Source of the DNA: Malacoraja senta
Lineage: Eukaryota
NCBI GenBank assembly: GCA_038087875.1
Contig: JAXLNO010000516.1
Coordinates: 1-64,000 of the forward strand
Direction: 5' to 3'
Length of the DNA: 64,000 bases
Shown here: in pieces, positions 50,101-64,000 of the stretch
Numbering within the stretch: position 1 is the stretch's first letter
Layout: each line of letters opens with the position of its first letter
Position numbers and translations under genes: made by a program
Notes under the pieces: model-generated
The model's input: only the letters and a program-made list of their open reading frames with translations
Database searches by the model: none
Told to the model about the DNA's origin: nothing

Positions 50101-53100
50101 CATCAATACTGAACCCCCAATACTGTGTGATTTAAGTTTGTATCCTAATCTCTTATGTGGTACCTTGTCGAAAGCCTTCTGAAAGTCCAGATACAACACA
50201 TCCACTGGTTCTCCCCTATCCACTCTACTAGTTACATCCTCGAAAAATTCTATAAGATTCGTCAGACACGATTTACCTTTCGTAAATCCATGCTGACTTT
50301 GTCCAATGATTTCACCACTTTCCAAATGTGCTGCTATCCCATCTTTAATAACTGACTCTAGCAGTTTCCCCACTACCGATGTTAGACTAACTGGTCTGTA
50401 ATTCCCCGTTTTCTCTCTCCCTCCCTTCTTAAAAAGTGGGGTTACGTTTGCTACCCTCCAATCCTCAGGAACTACTCCAGAATCTAAAGAGTTTTGAAAA
50501 ATTACCACTAATGCATCCACTATTTCTGGAGCTACTTCCTTAAGTACTCTGGGATGCAGCCTATCTGGCCCTGGTGATTTATCGACCTTTAATCCATTCA
50601 ATTTACCCAACACCACTTCCCGACTAACCTGGATTTCACTCAGTTCCTCCATCTCCTTTGACCCGCGGCCCCCTGCTATTTCCGGCAGATTATTTATGTC
50701 TTCCTTAGTGAAGACGGAACCAAAGTAGTTATTCAATTGGTCCTCCATATCGTTGTTCCCCATGATCAATTCACCTGTTTCTGACTGCAAGGGACCTACA
50801 TTTGTTTTAACTAATCTCTTTCTCTTCACATATCTATAAAAACTTTTGCAGTCAGTTTTTATGTTCCCTGCCAGTTTCCTTTCATGATCTATTTTCCCTT
50901 TCCTAATTAAGCCCTTTGTCCTCCTCTGCTGGTCTCTGAATTTCTCCCAGTCCTCTGGTATGCAGCTTTTTCTGGCTAATTTGTACGCATCATCTTTTGC
51001 TTTGATACTATCCCTGATTTCCCTTGTTATCCACGGATGCACTACCTTCCCTGATTTATTCTTTTGCCAAACTGGGATGAACATTTTTTGTAGTTCATCC
51101 ATGCAGTCTTTAAACGCCTTCCATTGCATATCCACCGTCAACCCTTTTAGAACTAATTGCCAGTCAATCTTGGCCAATTCACGTCTCATACCCTCAAAGT
51201 TACCTTTCTTTAAGTTCAGAACCGTTGTTTCTGAATTAACAATGTCACTCTCCATCCTAATGAAGAACTCAACCATATTATGGTCACTCTTGCCCAAGGG
51301 GGCACGCACAACAAGTCTGCTAACTAACCCTTCCTCATTACTCAATACCCAGTCTAGAATAGCCTGCTCTCTCGTTGGTTCCTCTACATGTTAGTTTAGA
51401 TAACTATCCCTCATACATTCCAAGAAATCCTCTTCCTCAGCACCCCTGCCAATTTGATTCACCCAATCTATATGTAGATTGAAGTCACCCATTATAACTG
51501 TTTTGCCTTTGTTGCACGCATTTCTAATTTCCTGTTTGATGCCATCCCCAACTTCACTACTACTGCTAGGTGGCCTGTACACAACACCCACCAGCGTTTT
51601 CTGCCCCTTAGTGTTTCGTAGCTCTACCCATACCGATTCCACATCCTCCAAGCTAATGTCCTTCCTTTCCACTGCGTTAATCTCCTCTCTAACCAGCAAC
51701 GCTACCCCACCTCCTTTTCATTTCTCTCTATCCCTCCTGAATATTGAATATCCCTGGATGTTCAGCTCCCAGCCTTGGTCACCCTGGAGCCATGTCTCCG
51801 TGATCCCAACTATATCATAATCATTAATTGCTATCTGCACGTTCAACTCATCGACCTTATTACGAATGCTCCTTGCATTGAGACACAAAGCCGTCAGGCT
51901 TGTTTTTACAACGCTCTTACCCCTTATACAATTATGTTGGAAAGTGGCTCTTTTTGATTTTTGCCCTGGATTTGTCTGGCTGCCACTTTTACTTTTCACC
52001 TTGCTACCTATTGCTTCTGCCCGCATTTTGCACCCCTCTGTTTCTCTGCTCACCCATTTAAGAACCCCACCACCTCTTATTCTCTGTTTATTATTGTTTT
52101 CTTCTTTCCCCCCTACATGTTGGGTCTGAGTGCTTTCCTTCAATGCCTCCTGCCTCACACACTGTCTAATAGCATTCTCAATTTGAGTCCCTCCCCCCAA
52201 CCATTCTAGTTTAAAGTCTCCCCAGTAGCCTTTGCAGATCTCCCCGCCAGGATATCGTTCCCCTCAGGTTCAAGTGCAACCCATCCTTTTTGTACAGGTC
52301 GAACCTTCCACAAAAGAGGTCCCAATGATCCAGAAATTTGAATCCCTGCCTTCTGCACCAGTCCTTCAGCCATGCATTTATTCTCCACATCGCTCCATTC
52401 CTACTCTCACTGTCGCGTGGCACAGGCAGTAATCCCGAGATTGTTACCTTTGCTGTCCTTCTCTTTAACTCCCCTCCTAACTCCCTAAATTCTCCTTTCA
52501 GGACCTCTTCTCTTTTTTACCTATGTCATTGGTACCTATATGTATCACGACTTCGGGCTCCTCTCCCTGCCCTTTCAGGATGTCTTGGACACGTTGAGAC
52601 ACATCACAGACCCTGGCACCAGGGAGGCAAACTACCATCCGGGTCTCCCGACTGCGTGCACAGAATCGCCTGTCTGACCCCCTAATTATAGAGTCCCCTA
52701 TTAATATTGCCCTCCTCTTCTTTTCCTTACCCTTCTGAGCAACAGGACTGGTCTCTATACCGGAGGCCCGGCTGCTGTCGCTACCCCCAGGTAGGCTGTC
52801 CACCCCAACAGTGCTCAAACAGGAGTACTTATTGTCAAGGTGTACAGCCACCGGGGTACTCTCTAGTCCCTGCCTGTGCCCCTTGCCTCTCCCAACCGTG
52901 ATCCACTTGCCTGCCTCCTGTGGTGTTGGAGTGACCACATCCCTGTAACTAGATTGGGTGAATCAAATTGGCAGGGGTGCTGAGGAAGAGGATTTCTTGG
53001 AATGTATGTGGGATAGTTTTCTAAACCAACATGTAGAGGAACCAACGAGAGAGCAGGCTATTCGAGACTGGGTATTGAGTAATGAGGAAGGGTTAATTAG

Positions 53101-55318
53101 CAGTCTTGTTGTGCGTGGCCCCTTGGGCAAGAGTGACCATAATATGGTTGAGTTCTTCATTAGGATGGAGAGTGACATAATTAATACAGAAACAAGGGTT
53201 CTATACTTAAAGAAAGGGAACTTTGAGGGTATGAGATGTGAATTGGCCAAGATAGACTGGCAATTGATTCTTAAAGGGTTGACGGTGGATATGCAATGGA
53301 AGGCATTTAAAGACTGCATGGATGAACTACAACAATTGCTCATCCCAGTTTGGCAAAAGAATAAATCAGCGAAAGGTAGTACATCCGTGGATAACAAGGG
53401 AAATCAGGGATAGTATCAAAACAAAAGATGAAGCATACAAATTAGCCAGAAAAAGCAGCCTACCAGGGGACTGGGAGAAATTCAGTCGAGCAGAGGAGGA
53501 CAAAGGGCTTAATTAGGAAAGGGAAAATAGATTATGAAAGAAAACTGGCAGGGAACATAAAAACTGACTGCAAACGTTTTTATAGATATGTGAAGAGAAA
53601 AAGATTAATTAAAACAAATGTAGGTCCCTTGCAGTCAGAAACAGGCGAATTGATCATGGGTAACAAGGAAATGGCAGACCAATTGAATAACTACTTTGGT
53701 TCCGTCTTCACTAAGGAAGACATAAATAATCTGCCGGAAATAGCAGGGGACCGCGGGACAAATGAGATGGAGGAACTGAGTGAAATCCAGGTTAGCTGGG
53801 AAGTGGTGTTAGGTAAATTGAATGGATTAAAGGCCGATAAATCCCCAGGCCCAGATAAGTTGCATCCCAGAGTACTTAAGGAAGTAGACCCAGAAATAGT
53901 GGATGCATTAGTGATAATTTTTCAAAACTCTTTAGATTCTGGAGTAGTTCCTGTGGATTGGAGGGTAGCTAATGTAACACCACTTTTTAAGAAGGGAGGG
54001 AGAGAGAAAACGGTGAATTACAGACCAGTTAGTCTAAAATCGGTAGTGGGGAAACTGCTAGAGTCAGTTATTAAAGATGGGATAGCAGCACATTTGGAAA
54101 GTGGTGAATTTATTGGACAAAGTCAGCATGGATTTATGAAAGTTAAATCATGTCTGACGAATCTTATAGAATTTTTCGAGGATGTAACTACTAGAGTGGA
54201 TAAGGGAGAACCAGTGGATGTGTTATATCTGGACTTTCAGAAGGCATTCGACAAGGTCCCACATAAGAGATTAGTATGCAAACTTAAAGCACACGGTATT
54301 GGGGGTTCAGTATTGATGTGGATAGAGAATTGGCTGGCAGACAGGAAGCAAAGAGTAGGAGTAAACGGGTCCTTTTCAGAATGGCAGGCAGTGACTAGTG
54401 GGGTACCGCAAGGCTCAGTGCTGGGACCCCAGCTATTTACAATATATATTAATGATCTGGATGAGGGAATTGAATGCAACATCTCCAAGTTTGCAGATGA
54501 CACGAAGCTGGGGGGCAGTGTTAGCTGTGAGGAGGATGCTAGGAGGCTGCAAGGTGAATTGGATAGGTTGGGCAAATGCATGGCAGAAGCAGTATAATGT
54601 GGATAAATGTGAGGTTATCCACTTTGGTTGCAAAAACAGGAAAGTAGACTATTATCTGAATGGTGGCCGATTAGGAAAAGGGGAGATGCAATGAGACCTG
54701 GGTGTCATGGTACACCAGTCATTGAAAGTAGGCATGCAGGTGCAGCAGGCAGTGAAGAAAGCGAATGGAATGTTAGCATTCATAGCAAAAGGATTTGAGT
54801 ATAAGAGCAGGGAGGTTCTACTGCAGTTGTACAGGGTCTTAGTGAGACCACACCTGGAGTATTGCGTACAGTTTTGGTCTCCTTATCTGAAGAAAGACAT
54901 TCTTGCCATAGAGGAAGTACAGAGAAGGTTCACCAGACTGATTCCTGGGATGGCAGGGCTTTCATATGAAGAAAGACTGGATAGACTTGGCTTGTACTCG
55001 CTAGAATTTAGAAGATTGAGGGGGGATCTTATAGAAACGTACAAAATTCTTAAGGGGTTGGACAGGCTAGATGCAGGAAGATTGTTCCCGATGTTGGGGA
55101 AGTCCAGAACAAGAGGTCACAGTTTAAGGATAAGGGGGAAGTCTTTTAGGACCGAGATGAGAAAATCGTTTGTGGTGAATCTCTGGAATTCTCTGCCACA
55201 GAAGGTAGTTGACGCAAGTTCATTGGCTATATTTAAGAGGGAGTTAGATGTGGCCCTTGTGGCTAAAGGGATCAGGGGGTATGGAGAGAAGGCAGGTACA
55301 GGATACTGAGTTGGATGA
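47125..55318 (+). mobile_element. CR1 family B (mirror copy), lacking the L1 but interrupted by another CR1 at 48995-52949
   Basis: 5' UTR, ORF1 (47454-48389), APE and RT; ORF2 resumes at 52950 (DWVNQIGRG). Confidence 0.9.
48995..52949 (-). mobile_element. Nested chimeric CR1 (A-type 5' part, B-type ORF2), right-arm specific
   Basis: Esterase ORF1, APE, RT and 3' tail; TAGAT at both junctions; empty site at ~18490. Confidence 0.85.
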
Positions 55319-55534
55319 TACTCTCATTTCCACGCTGTATCACTCTGTCTCTCTCTCAATCCCTGTTTATCTCTCTCTGTGTCTCATTCTCTCTCTCTCT
55401 CTTTCTCTCTCTGTCTGTCTATCTCTCTCTGTGTCTCATTCTCTCTGTCTCTCTCTCTCTCCCTGTCTATCTCTCTCTGTGTCTCATTCTCTCTCTCTCT
55501 CTTTCTCTCTCTCTCCCTGTCTATCTCTCTGTGT

Positions 55535-55616
<82 letters not shown>

Positions 55617-55737
55617 CTCATTTCCACACGGTATCACTCTGTCTCTCTCTCTCTCCTTGTCTATCTCTCTCTGTGTCTCATTCTCTCTCTCTCTCTTTCT
55701 CTCTCTATCTCTGTCTCTCTCCCTGTCTCTCTTTGTC

Positions 55738-55772
<35 letters not shown>

Positions 55773-57077
55773 GGGACAGAGGATTTGGGTGAACAGAGAC
55801 CCATTTCTGCCAACCGTGGGCATAACTGCAGATAGATACATAACGCACTCAACACATAGGACAGGAAAGAGAAATGATCTGCAAATAGAAACACCATTGG
55901 CCAGGACAGATATTTATAAGGACTCGTTCTTTGTAATAACCGCAATGGAATGGAATAAACGAGACAACAATATCGTCTAAATGTTTAAGAAGGAACTGCA
56001 GATGCTGGAAAATCGAAGGTAGACACAAAATGCTGGAGTAACTCAGCGGGTGAGGCAGCATCTACGGAGCGAAGGAATAGTTGACGATTCGGGTCGAGAC
56101 CCTTCTTCAGACTCAAGTACAATTTCCTTCTCTCCATAGATGCTGCCTCACACGCTGAGTTTCTCCAGCATTTTTGTCTACCTGCAATAGAGTCAAATCA
56201 CCTTCACTGGACAATAGACAACAGGTGCAGGAGTAGGTCATTCGGCCTTTCGAGCCAGCACCGCCATTCACTGTGATCATGGCTGATCAACCCCAATCAG
56301 TACCCCGTTCCTGCCTTCTCCCCATATCCCGTGACACCGCTATCTTTAAGAGCCCTATCTAGCTTTCTCTTGAAAGTATCCAGAGAACTGGCCTCCACTG
56401 CCCTCTGAGGCAGAGAATCCCACAGATTCACAACGCTCTGGGTGGAAAAGTTTCTCCTCATCTCAGTCCCAAATGGCCACAGATTCACAACTCTCTGGGT
56501 GGAAAAGTTTCTCCTCATCTCAGTCCCAAATGGCCACAGATTCACAACTCTCTGGGTGGAAAAGTTTCTCCTCATCTCAGTCCCAAATGGCCACAGATTC
56601 ACAACTCTCTGGGTGGAAAAGTTTCTCCTCGTCTCCGTTCTAAATGGCTTACTCCTTATTCTTAAACTGTGTGTGGCCCCTGGTTCTGGAGTACCCCAAC
56701 ATCGGGAACATGTTTCCTGCCTCTAGCGTGTCCAAACGCTTAATAATCTTATATGTTTCAATAAGATGCCCTCTCATCCTTCTAAACTCCAGAGTGTACA
56801 AGCCCAGCCGCTCCATTCTCTCAGCATATGACAGTCCCGCCATCCCGGGAATTAACCTGGTGAACCTACGCTGGGCTCCCTCAATAGCAAGAATGTCCTT
56901 CCTCAAATTAGGGGACCAAAACTGCACACAATAACCATATAACCATATAACAATTACAGTATGGAAACAGGCCATCTCAGCCCTTCAAGTCCATGCTGAA
57001 CACTTTTTCTCCCCTAGTCCCATCTACCTGCACTCAGACCATAACCCTCCATTCCTTTCTCGCCCATATACCCATCC

Positions 57078-59048
57078 ACTCTCAACCTTAGGTCCAGTTC
57101 TGACCCTCTCCATAATTATATTGAAACTAATGGTATTGTGATCACTGGACACAAAGTGCTCCCCAACGCATACCTCCGCCACCTGCCCTGTCTCATTTCC
57201 TAACAGGAGGTCCAGCACTGCCCCTTCTCTTGTAGGTACCTCTATGTATTGCTACAAAAAACTATCCTGCACACATTTTACAAACTCCAAACCATCCAGC
57301 CCTTTTACAGAATGTGTTTCCCAGTCTATGTGTGGAAAATTGAAATCTCCCACAATCACTACCTTGTGCATACTACTAATATCGGCTATCTCCTTACATA
57401 TTTGCTCTTCCAATTCTCGCTCTCCATTAGGCGGTCTATAATACACCCCTATAAGTGTTGCTACCCCTTTCCCATTTCTCAGTTCCACCCAAATAGCCTC
57501 ACTAGACGAGCCCTCTAATCTATCCTGCCAAAGCACTGCTGTAATATCTTCCTTGACAAGCAATGCAACACCCCCACCTCTTGCCCCTCCAACTCTATCA
57601 CACCTAAAGCAACGAAATCCTGGAATATTTACTTTCCACTCATAGCCCTCCTGCAACCATGTTTCACTGATCGCCACAACATCATACTTCCAGGTGTCAA
57701 TCCAGGCTCTAAGCTCATCCACCTTTCTTACAATGCTCCTAGCATTTAAATATACACATTTAAGAAACCCACCACCACTTATTCTCTGTTTATTATCTTT
57801 TTCTTCTTTCTCCCCTACATTTTGGGTCCGAGTGCTTCCCTTCTCTGCCTCCTGCCTCACACCCTGACTACTAGCTTTCCCTATTCGAGTCCCTCCCCCC
57901 AACCGTTCTCGTTTAAAGTCTCCCCAGTTGCCTTTGCAAATCTCCCCGCCAGGATATTGGTTCCCCTCGGGTTCAAGTGCAACCCGTCCTTTTTGTACAG
58001 GTCACACCTTCCCCAAAAGAGGTCCCAATGATCCAGAAACTTGAATCCCTGCCCACTGCACCAGTCCCTCAGCCACGCATTTATCCTCCACCTCATTCCA
58101 TTCCTACTCTCACTGTCTCGTGGCACAGGTAATAATCCTGAGATTGCTATATTTTTGGTCCTTCTCCTTAACTCTCCTCCCAACTCCCTAAATTCTCCTT
58201 TCAGGACCTCTTCTCTCTTTCTACCTATGTCATTGGTACCTATATGTACCACGACCTCATGCTCCTCTCCCTCCCATTTCAGGATATCTTGGACGCGTTC
58301 AGACACATCCCTGACCCTGGCACCAGGGAGGCAAACTACCATCCGGGTCTCCTGACTGCGTCCACAGAATCGCCTATCTGACCCCCTAACTATAGAGTCC
58401 CCTATTACTATTGCCCTCCTCTTCTTTTCCCTACCCTTCTGAGCAATAGGGCTGGTCTCTGTGCCGGAGGCCCAGCCACTGTCGCTACCCGCAGGAAGGC
58501 TGTCCCCCCCAACCGTACTCAAAATGAGTACTTATTTTCAAGGTGTACTGCCACCGGGGTACTCACTAGTCCCTGCCTCTGCCCCTTGCCCTTCCTAACA
58601 GTGACCAACTTGCCTGCCTCTCGTGGTCTTGGAGTGGCCACCTCCCTATAACTTCTTTCTATGACCTCCTCACTCTCCCTGATCAGACAGAGGTCATCGA
58701 GCTGCTGCTCCAGGTTCCTAACACGGTCCCTTAGGAGCCCCATCTGGACACACCTGGCGCAGATGTGGACGTCTGGAGGGGTATCAGACTCCATGACCTC
58801 CCACATCTGACATCCAGAACAGTAAACTGCCCTGGTCCTCATTCTCCCCCTCTTACCCTGGATACAATACAAAGCCTTACACTGGATACAATACAAAGCC
58901 TTACCCTGGATACAATACAAAGCCTTACGCTGGATACAATACAAAGCCTTACCCTGGGTACAAGCCAATCAGCGGCTTGCCCAGTCCGTTTCCACCAATT
59001 AGTGGCTTCCTCAAGCCGACTTCATTTGAAGTGTGAACTGCGGATGGA
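57078..59048 (-). mobile_element. CR1 family A 5' half (mirror copy)
   Basis: Same ORF1 and APE as 12505-14500. Confidence 0.9.
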
Positions 59049-59615
59049 ATACTCCAGGTGTGGTCTCACCAGGGCCCTGTACAACTGCAGAAGGACCTCT
59101 TTGCTCCTATACTCAACTCCTCTTGTTATGAAGGCCAACAGGCCAAAACTGCACACCATACTCCAGGTGTGGTCTCACCAGGGCCCTGTACAACTGCAGA
59201 AGGACCTCTTTGCTCCTATACTCAACTCCTCTTGTTATGAAGGCCAAAAGGCCAAAACTGCACACCATACTCCAGGTGTGGTCTCACCAGGGCCCTGTAC
59301 AACTGCAGAAGGACCTCTTTGCTCCTATACTCAACTCCTCTTGTTATGAAGGCCAACAGGCCAAAACTGCACACCATACTCCAGGTGTGGTCTCACCAGG
59401 GCCCTGTACAACTGCAGAAGGACCACTTTGCTCCTATACTCAACTCCTCTTGTTATGAAGGCCAACAGGCCAAAACTGCACACCATACTCCAGGTGTGGT
59501 CTCACCAGGGCCCTGTACAACTGCAGAAGGACCTCTTTGCACCTATACTCAACTCCTCTTGTTATGAAGGCCAACAGGCCAAAACTGCACACAATACTCC
59601 AGGTGTGGTCTCATT
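59049..59615 (-). repeat. 109-bp CR1-derived tandem array (~5.2 copies)
   Basis: ACTCCAGG recurs at 59051, 59160, 59269, 59378, 59487 and 59596; only ~1.2 copies at 12375-12505. Confidence 0.9.
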
Positions 59616-61269
59616 AGGGATGGAGGGAGAGGGAGAGAGAGAGGGGCGGAGAGGGCGGGGGAGCGGGGGGAGAGAGGGGGAGAGAGAGAGAGGAGGAGAG
59701 AGAGAGAGAGGGAGAGAGAGAGGGAGAGGAAGAGGGGGAGAGAGAGGGGCAGAGAGAGGGGGAGAGAGGGAGGGGGAGAGAGACGCAGAGGGGGAGGGAG
59801 AGAGGGAGGGAGAGGGTGAGAAAGAGGGGGAGAGAGAGGGGGAATGAGGGGGGTAGCGAGAGGGGGGTGAGAGGGGGAGAGAGAGGGGGAGAGAGAGGGG
59901 GTGAGTGAGGGCGAGATAGATCAGCCATGGTTGCGAGGCGGAGTGGCCTCGGTATGTTGGCGATATGCAGAGAACTGCCCTGCTGACTACAAATTCAGAA
60001 AGGCCCAATGCAGACAATGCCAAGTGTGGGCTAGCAGGAGTGAAATGGGCCAAAGGGCCTTTTCAGGACGCTCCAGGCTCCCCGCATCCACCCCGTTGTC
60101 CCGCATGGTCGGCTTGGTGACTTTGGGGGAGTTTTGGGGGCAAATGGTTTGGAAATAAGACAGAACCCGGCCTGCAGGGCCACATTAAGTGTGGAAATAG
60201 TGTGAGTTATAACGTGTGGGGGACCGCCTGACAGCGCGTGTGCATGCTCCCCCTGCTGCATTAAAGGGAATGCATGCATCACTGGCTGCATTGCTGCCTC
60301 CCCCGCTGCATGGTAGGGCTTTTATCTTTACCTGCTCTTCACAGCTGCATTCCCGAGGCGCTTCCCGGCCGGAGGGGGACGCTTTAGGGCGGCGCACTGG
60401 CGCTGGCAAAGCGGGACGGCGGGTCTCAGGCGTCCGGGTGGAGGGCGAAACGCCGAATGTTGGTTCCGGGCTGGTTTTGTTGTTGTTTTTTTGGTGCATT
60501 GAGGGTGGGATGGAGAGGAAAAAGGAGGGAGGGGTGGAAGGAGAGGGGGGGGGGAGGGAGAATGAGAGAGAAAGTTTGGGAGAGTTTTGAGAAACGTTTG
60601 AGAAACTTTTGAGAACGTTTTGAAGGGAGAGAGGGAGAGAGGGAAGAGAGGGAGAGAGGGAGAGAGGGAGGGAGAGAGGGAATGAGTGAGAGAAAGTTTG
60701 GGAGACTTTTGAAAAGTTTTGAGAAAGTTTTGAGAACGTTTTGAGAAAGTTTTGAGAAAGTTTTCAAGGGAGAGAGGGAGAGAGGGAAGAGAGGGAAGAG
60801 AGGGGAGAGAGGGAGAGAGGGAGAGTGGGGAGAAAGAGAGGGAAGAGTGGGAGTGAGGGAGAGAGGAAGAGAGGAACGAGTGAGAGAGGGAGAGAAGTAT
60901 TCTCCTCTCCCTCCCTCTCTGGTCATCACGATGGCGCAGCGGTAGAGTTGCCGCCTCACGGCGCCAGAGACCCCGGTTCCATCACGACCACGGGCGCTGT
61001 CTGTACGGAGTTTGCACGTTCTCTCCCCTTGACCTGTGTGGGTTTTCTCCGGGCGCTCCGGTTTCCTCCCACCAGGGCCGGATTTACGTATGAGCCAGAC
61101 AAGCTTAAGCTTAGGGCCTCGCTCCACCAAGGCGTATAAAACTTTTGACATAGGGGCGTTGTTACAAAACCTACCATCGGTGGAGCTGTGCTTGCGATTC
61201 AGGAGGCTTTGGTGTTGTGGGAGGGGGGGGGGGGGATTAAAATGCAGGTGAGGTTTATATTTGTTGTGG

Positions 61270-61980
61270 ATAGAAACATAGAAACATAGACAATAGGTGC
61301 AGGAGTAGACCATTCGGCCCTTCGAGCCTGCACCGCCATTCTATATGATCATGGCTGATCATCCTCCCTTTTGCCACAAGGGCCACATCTAACTACCTCT
61401 TAAATATAGCCAATGAACTGGCCTCAACTACCTTCTGTGGCAGAGAATTCCACAGATTCACCGTGTGAATTTTTTTTTTCTCATCTCGGTCTTAGAAGAC
61501 TTTCCCCTTATCCTTAAATTGTGACCCCATTGTTCTTGTCTTACCCAACATCGGGAACAATCTTCCTGCATCTATCCTGTCCAACCCCTTAAGAATTTTG
61601 TACGTTTCTATAAGATTCCCCCTCAATCTTCTAAATTCTAGCGAGTACAAGCCGAGTCTATCCAGTCTTTCTTCATATGAAAGTCCTGACATCCCAGGAA
61701 TCAGTCTGGTGAACCTTCTCTGTACTCCCTCTATGGCAAGAATGTCGTTCCTCAGATTAGGAGAGCAAAGCTGTACGCAATACTCCAGGTGTGGTCTCAC
61801 CAAGACCCCGTACAACTGAACTTGAACCTCCCTGCTCCTATACTCAAATCCGTTTGCTATGAATGCTAACATACCATTCGCTTTCTTCACTGCCTGCTGC
61901 ACCTGCATGCCTACTTTCAATGACTGGTGTACCATGACACCCAGGTCTCGTTGCAACTCCCCTTTTCCTAATTGGCCACC
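61270..61980 (-). mobile_element. CR1 3' fragment spanning the right duplication boundary
   Basis: QRDLGV...PHLEYCVQ...TYKILKG followed by the 3' tail. Confidence 0.85.
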
Positions 61981-61984
61981 ATCG

Positions 61985-62250
61985 CCTCAGTCCACTCACC
62001 TGCCTTCCTCCGGCCCCAACCCCCATCCCTGCCGTGTGTTTACCATCCCCCCTGACCTCCCCCTCTCAGATACCGAACGGTCTGTCCTCAGCAGAGGCCT
62101 CACCTTTGTCCCCCTCCGTCCCCACCTCAATGAGTACCGCGCCCACTGCGATTTGGAGCACTTCTTCCGTCGCCTCCGCCTCACAGCGTTCTTCCATGGG
62201 AAGGAGTCCTCGCCCCTATTGATGATCCCTTTTCCTGTCTCCAACTGACC
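61985..62250 (+). mobile_element. Penelope-like element ORF fragment
   Basis: LSDTERSVLSRGLTFVP...DLEHFFRRLRL matches the conserved N-terminal motif upstream of PLE reverse transcriptases. Confidence 0.75.
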
Positions 62251-62277
62251 CCATCCTCTTGGACCCCCCCCCCCCTC

Positions 62278-64000
62278 ATGGCCATTGGGATAGTCGAGGA
62301 TGGAGTTGAAGGGAAAGAGAGTAAAGGGAGGGTTAATGACCCCAGAATTAACGGGAAAAGAAGCTCACAAAGGGATAGGAGAGTATGGCCAAGTGTAATA
62401 GGGATCGATGTGAAAGGTGAGATGCGTAAGGAAGTAAAAGTATTGTATTTGAATGCGCGAAGTATAAGAAGTAAAGTAGATGAGCTTGAGGCTCAGTTTG
62501 AGGTTGGTAGATATGACATTGTGGGGATTACTGAGACGTGGCTGCAGGAGGATCGGGCCTGGGAACTTAATATTCAGGGTTATACATCCTATAGAAAGGA
62601 CAGGCAGGTGGGCAGAGGAGGGGGGGTAGCTCTGCTGGTGAGGGATGGAATTAAGTCCCTTGCGAGGGAAGACACAGGGACTGACGATGTAGAGTCACTG
62701 TGGATTGAGTTGAGGAATTGTAAAGGGAAGAAGACACTAATTGGTGTTATCTACAGACCCCCAAATAGTAGCCCGGATGTAGGGTGTAAGTTGCAGCAGG
62801 AGTTAAAACTGGCATGTAACAAAGGTAATGCGACTGTGGTGATGGGGGATTTCAATATGCAGGTAGACTGGGAAAATCAGGTTGGTTCAGGACCCCAAGA
62901 AAGAGAGTTTGTAGAATGCCTCCGAGATGGATTCTTAGAGCAGCTTGTAATGGAGCCGACCAGAGAAAAGGCAATTCTGGATTTAGTGTTGTCCAATGAA
63001 CCAGATATGATAAGAGAACTCGAAGTAAAGGAACTGCTTGTCGGTAGTGATCATAATATGATTAGTTTTAATCTGCAATTTGAGAAGGAGAATGTTAAAT
63101 CGGAAGTGTCAGTGATGCAGTTGAACAAAGGGGACTATGAAGGCATGAGAGGGGAGCTGGACAAGGTAGACTGGAAAGGGATCCTGGCAGGAATGATGGT
63201 GGAACAGCAATGGCAGGAATTTCTGGGCATAATCCGGAAGACGCAGGATCATTTCATTCCAAAAAGGAAGAAAGATTCTAAGGGGAGTAGTAGGCAACCG
63301 TGGCTGACAAGAGAAGTTAGGGATAGAATAAAACTAAAAGAAAAGATGTATAACACAGCAAAGAGTAGCCGGAAGGCAGAGGATTGGGAAACTTTCATAG
63401 GACAATAGAAGGAAATAAAACGGGCAATACGGGCTGAAAAGATGAAGTACGAGGGGAAGCTGGCCAGGAATATAAAGAAGGACAGTAAAAGCTTCTTTAG
63501 ATATGTTAAGGGAAAAAGAATAGCAAAGTCAAATGTGGGTCCCTTGAAGGCAGACACGGGTGAAATTATTATGGGCAACAAGGAAATGGCAGAAGAGTTG
63601 AATAGGTACTTCGGATCTGTCTTCACTAAGGAAGACACAAACAATCTCCCAGATGTACTGGAGGACAGAGGATCTAAGGGGGTAGAGGAACAGAAAGAAA
63701 TTGTCATTAGGCGAGAAATAGTATTGGGTAGGCTAATGGGAGTGAAGGATGATAAATCCCCTGGGCCTGATGGTCTGCATCCCAGGATCATCAGGGAGGT
63801 GGCTCTAGAAGTAATGGACGCATTGGTGATCATTTTGCAATGTTCAATAGATTCAGGAACGATTCCTGTCGATTGGAGGATAGATAATGTTATCCCACTT
63901 TTCAAGAAAGGAGCGAGAGAAAGCGGGGAATTACAGACCAGTTAGCCTGACTTCGGTGGTGGGAAAGATGCTGGAGTCAATTATTAAAGAGGTAATAATG
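62278..64000 (+). mobile_element. CR1 LINE (third family) ORF2, APE to start of RT, running off the window
   Basis: LYLNARS, GITETWL, YRPP, GDFN, SDH, KSPGPDG; in-frame stop at 63406-63408. Confidence 0.9.

Larger units (their letters stand above)
38635..61672 (-). repeat. Right arm of large inverted duplication
   Basis: Reverse-complement match to 10291-36086 apart from arm-specific insertions and indels. Confidence 0.95.

Overview
Eukaryotic, repeat-saturated DNA. The HE1/V-SINE-type SINEs, abundant CR1 LINEs and Penelope-type terminal repeats point to a cartilaginous fish, probably a skate or ray (inference). The dominant structure is a ~51 kb inverted duplication: a left arm (~10291-36086) is mirrored by a right arm (~38635-61672), around a 200-N gap and a ~2 kb spacer. 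Each arm ends centrally in a copy of a KRAB-less tandem C2H2 zinc-finger exon, and the two copies face each other. The arms differ by datable arm-specific insertions, each with an empty site in the other arm: a full-length L1 (15-bp TSD), two 5'-truncated CR1s and a chimeric CR1. The first 10 kb is unduplicated. It holds a P-element-like non-autonomous transposon containing what looks like a P-type excision footprint, a decayed SWIM/ISL2EU-type accessory gene, a Tx1 fragment, a 74-nt hairpin and Penelope terminal repeats with minimal hammerhead cores. No prokaryotic features are present. All family calls come from motif recognition by eye, and coordinates of repeat edges are approximate.
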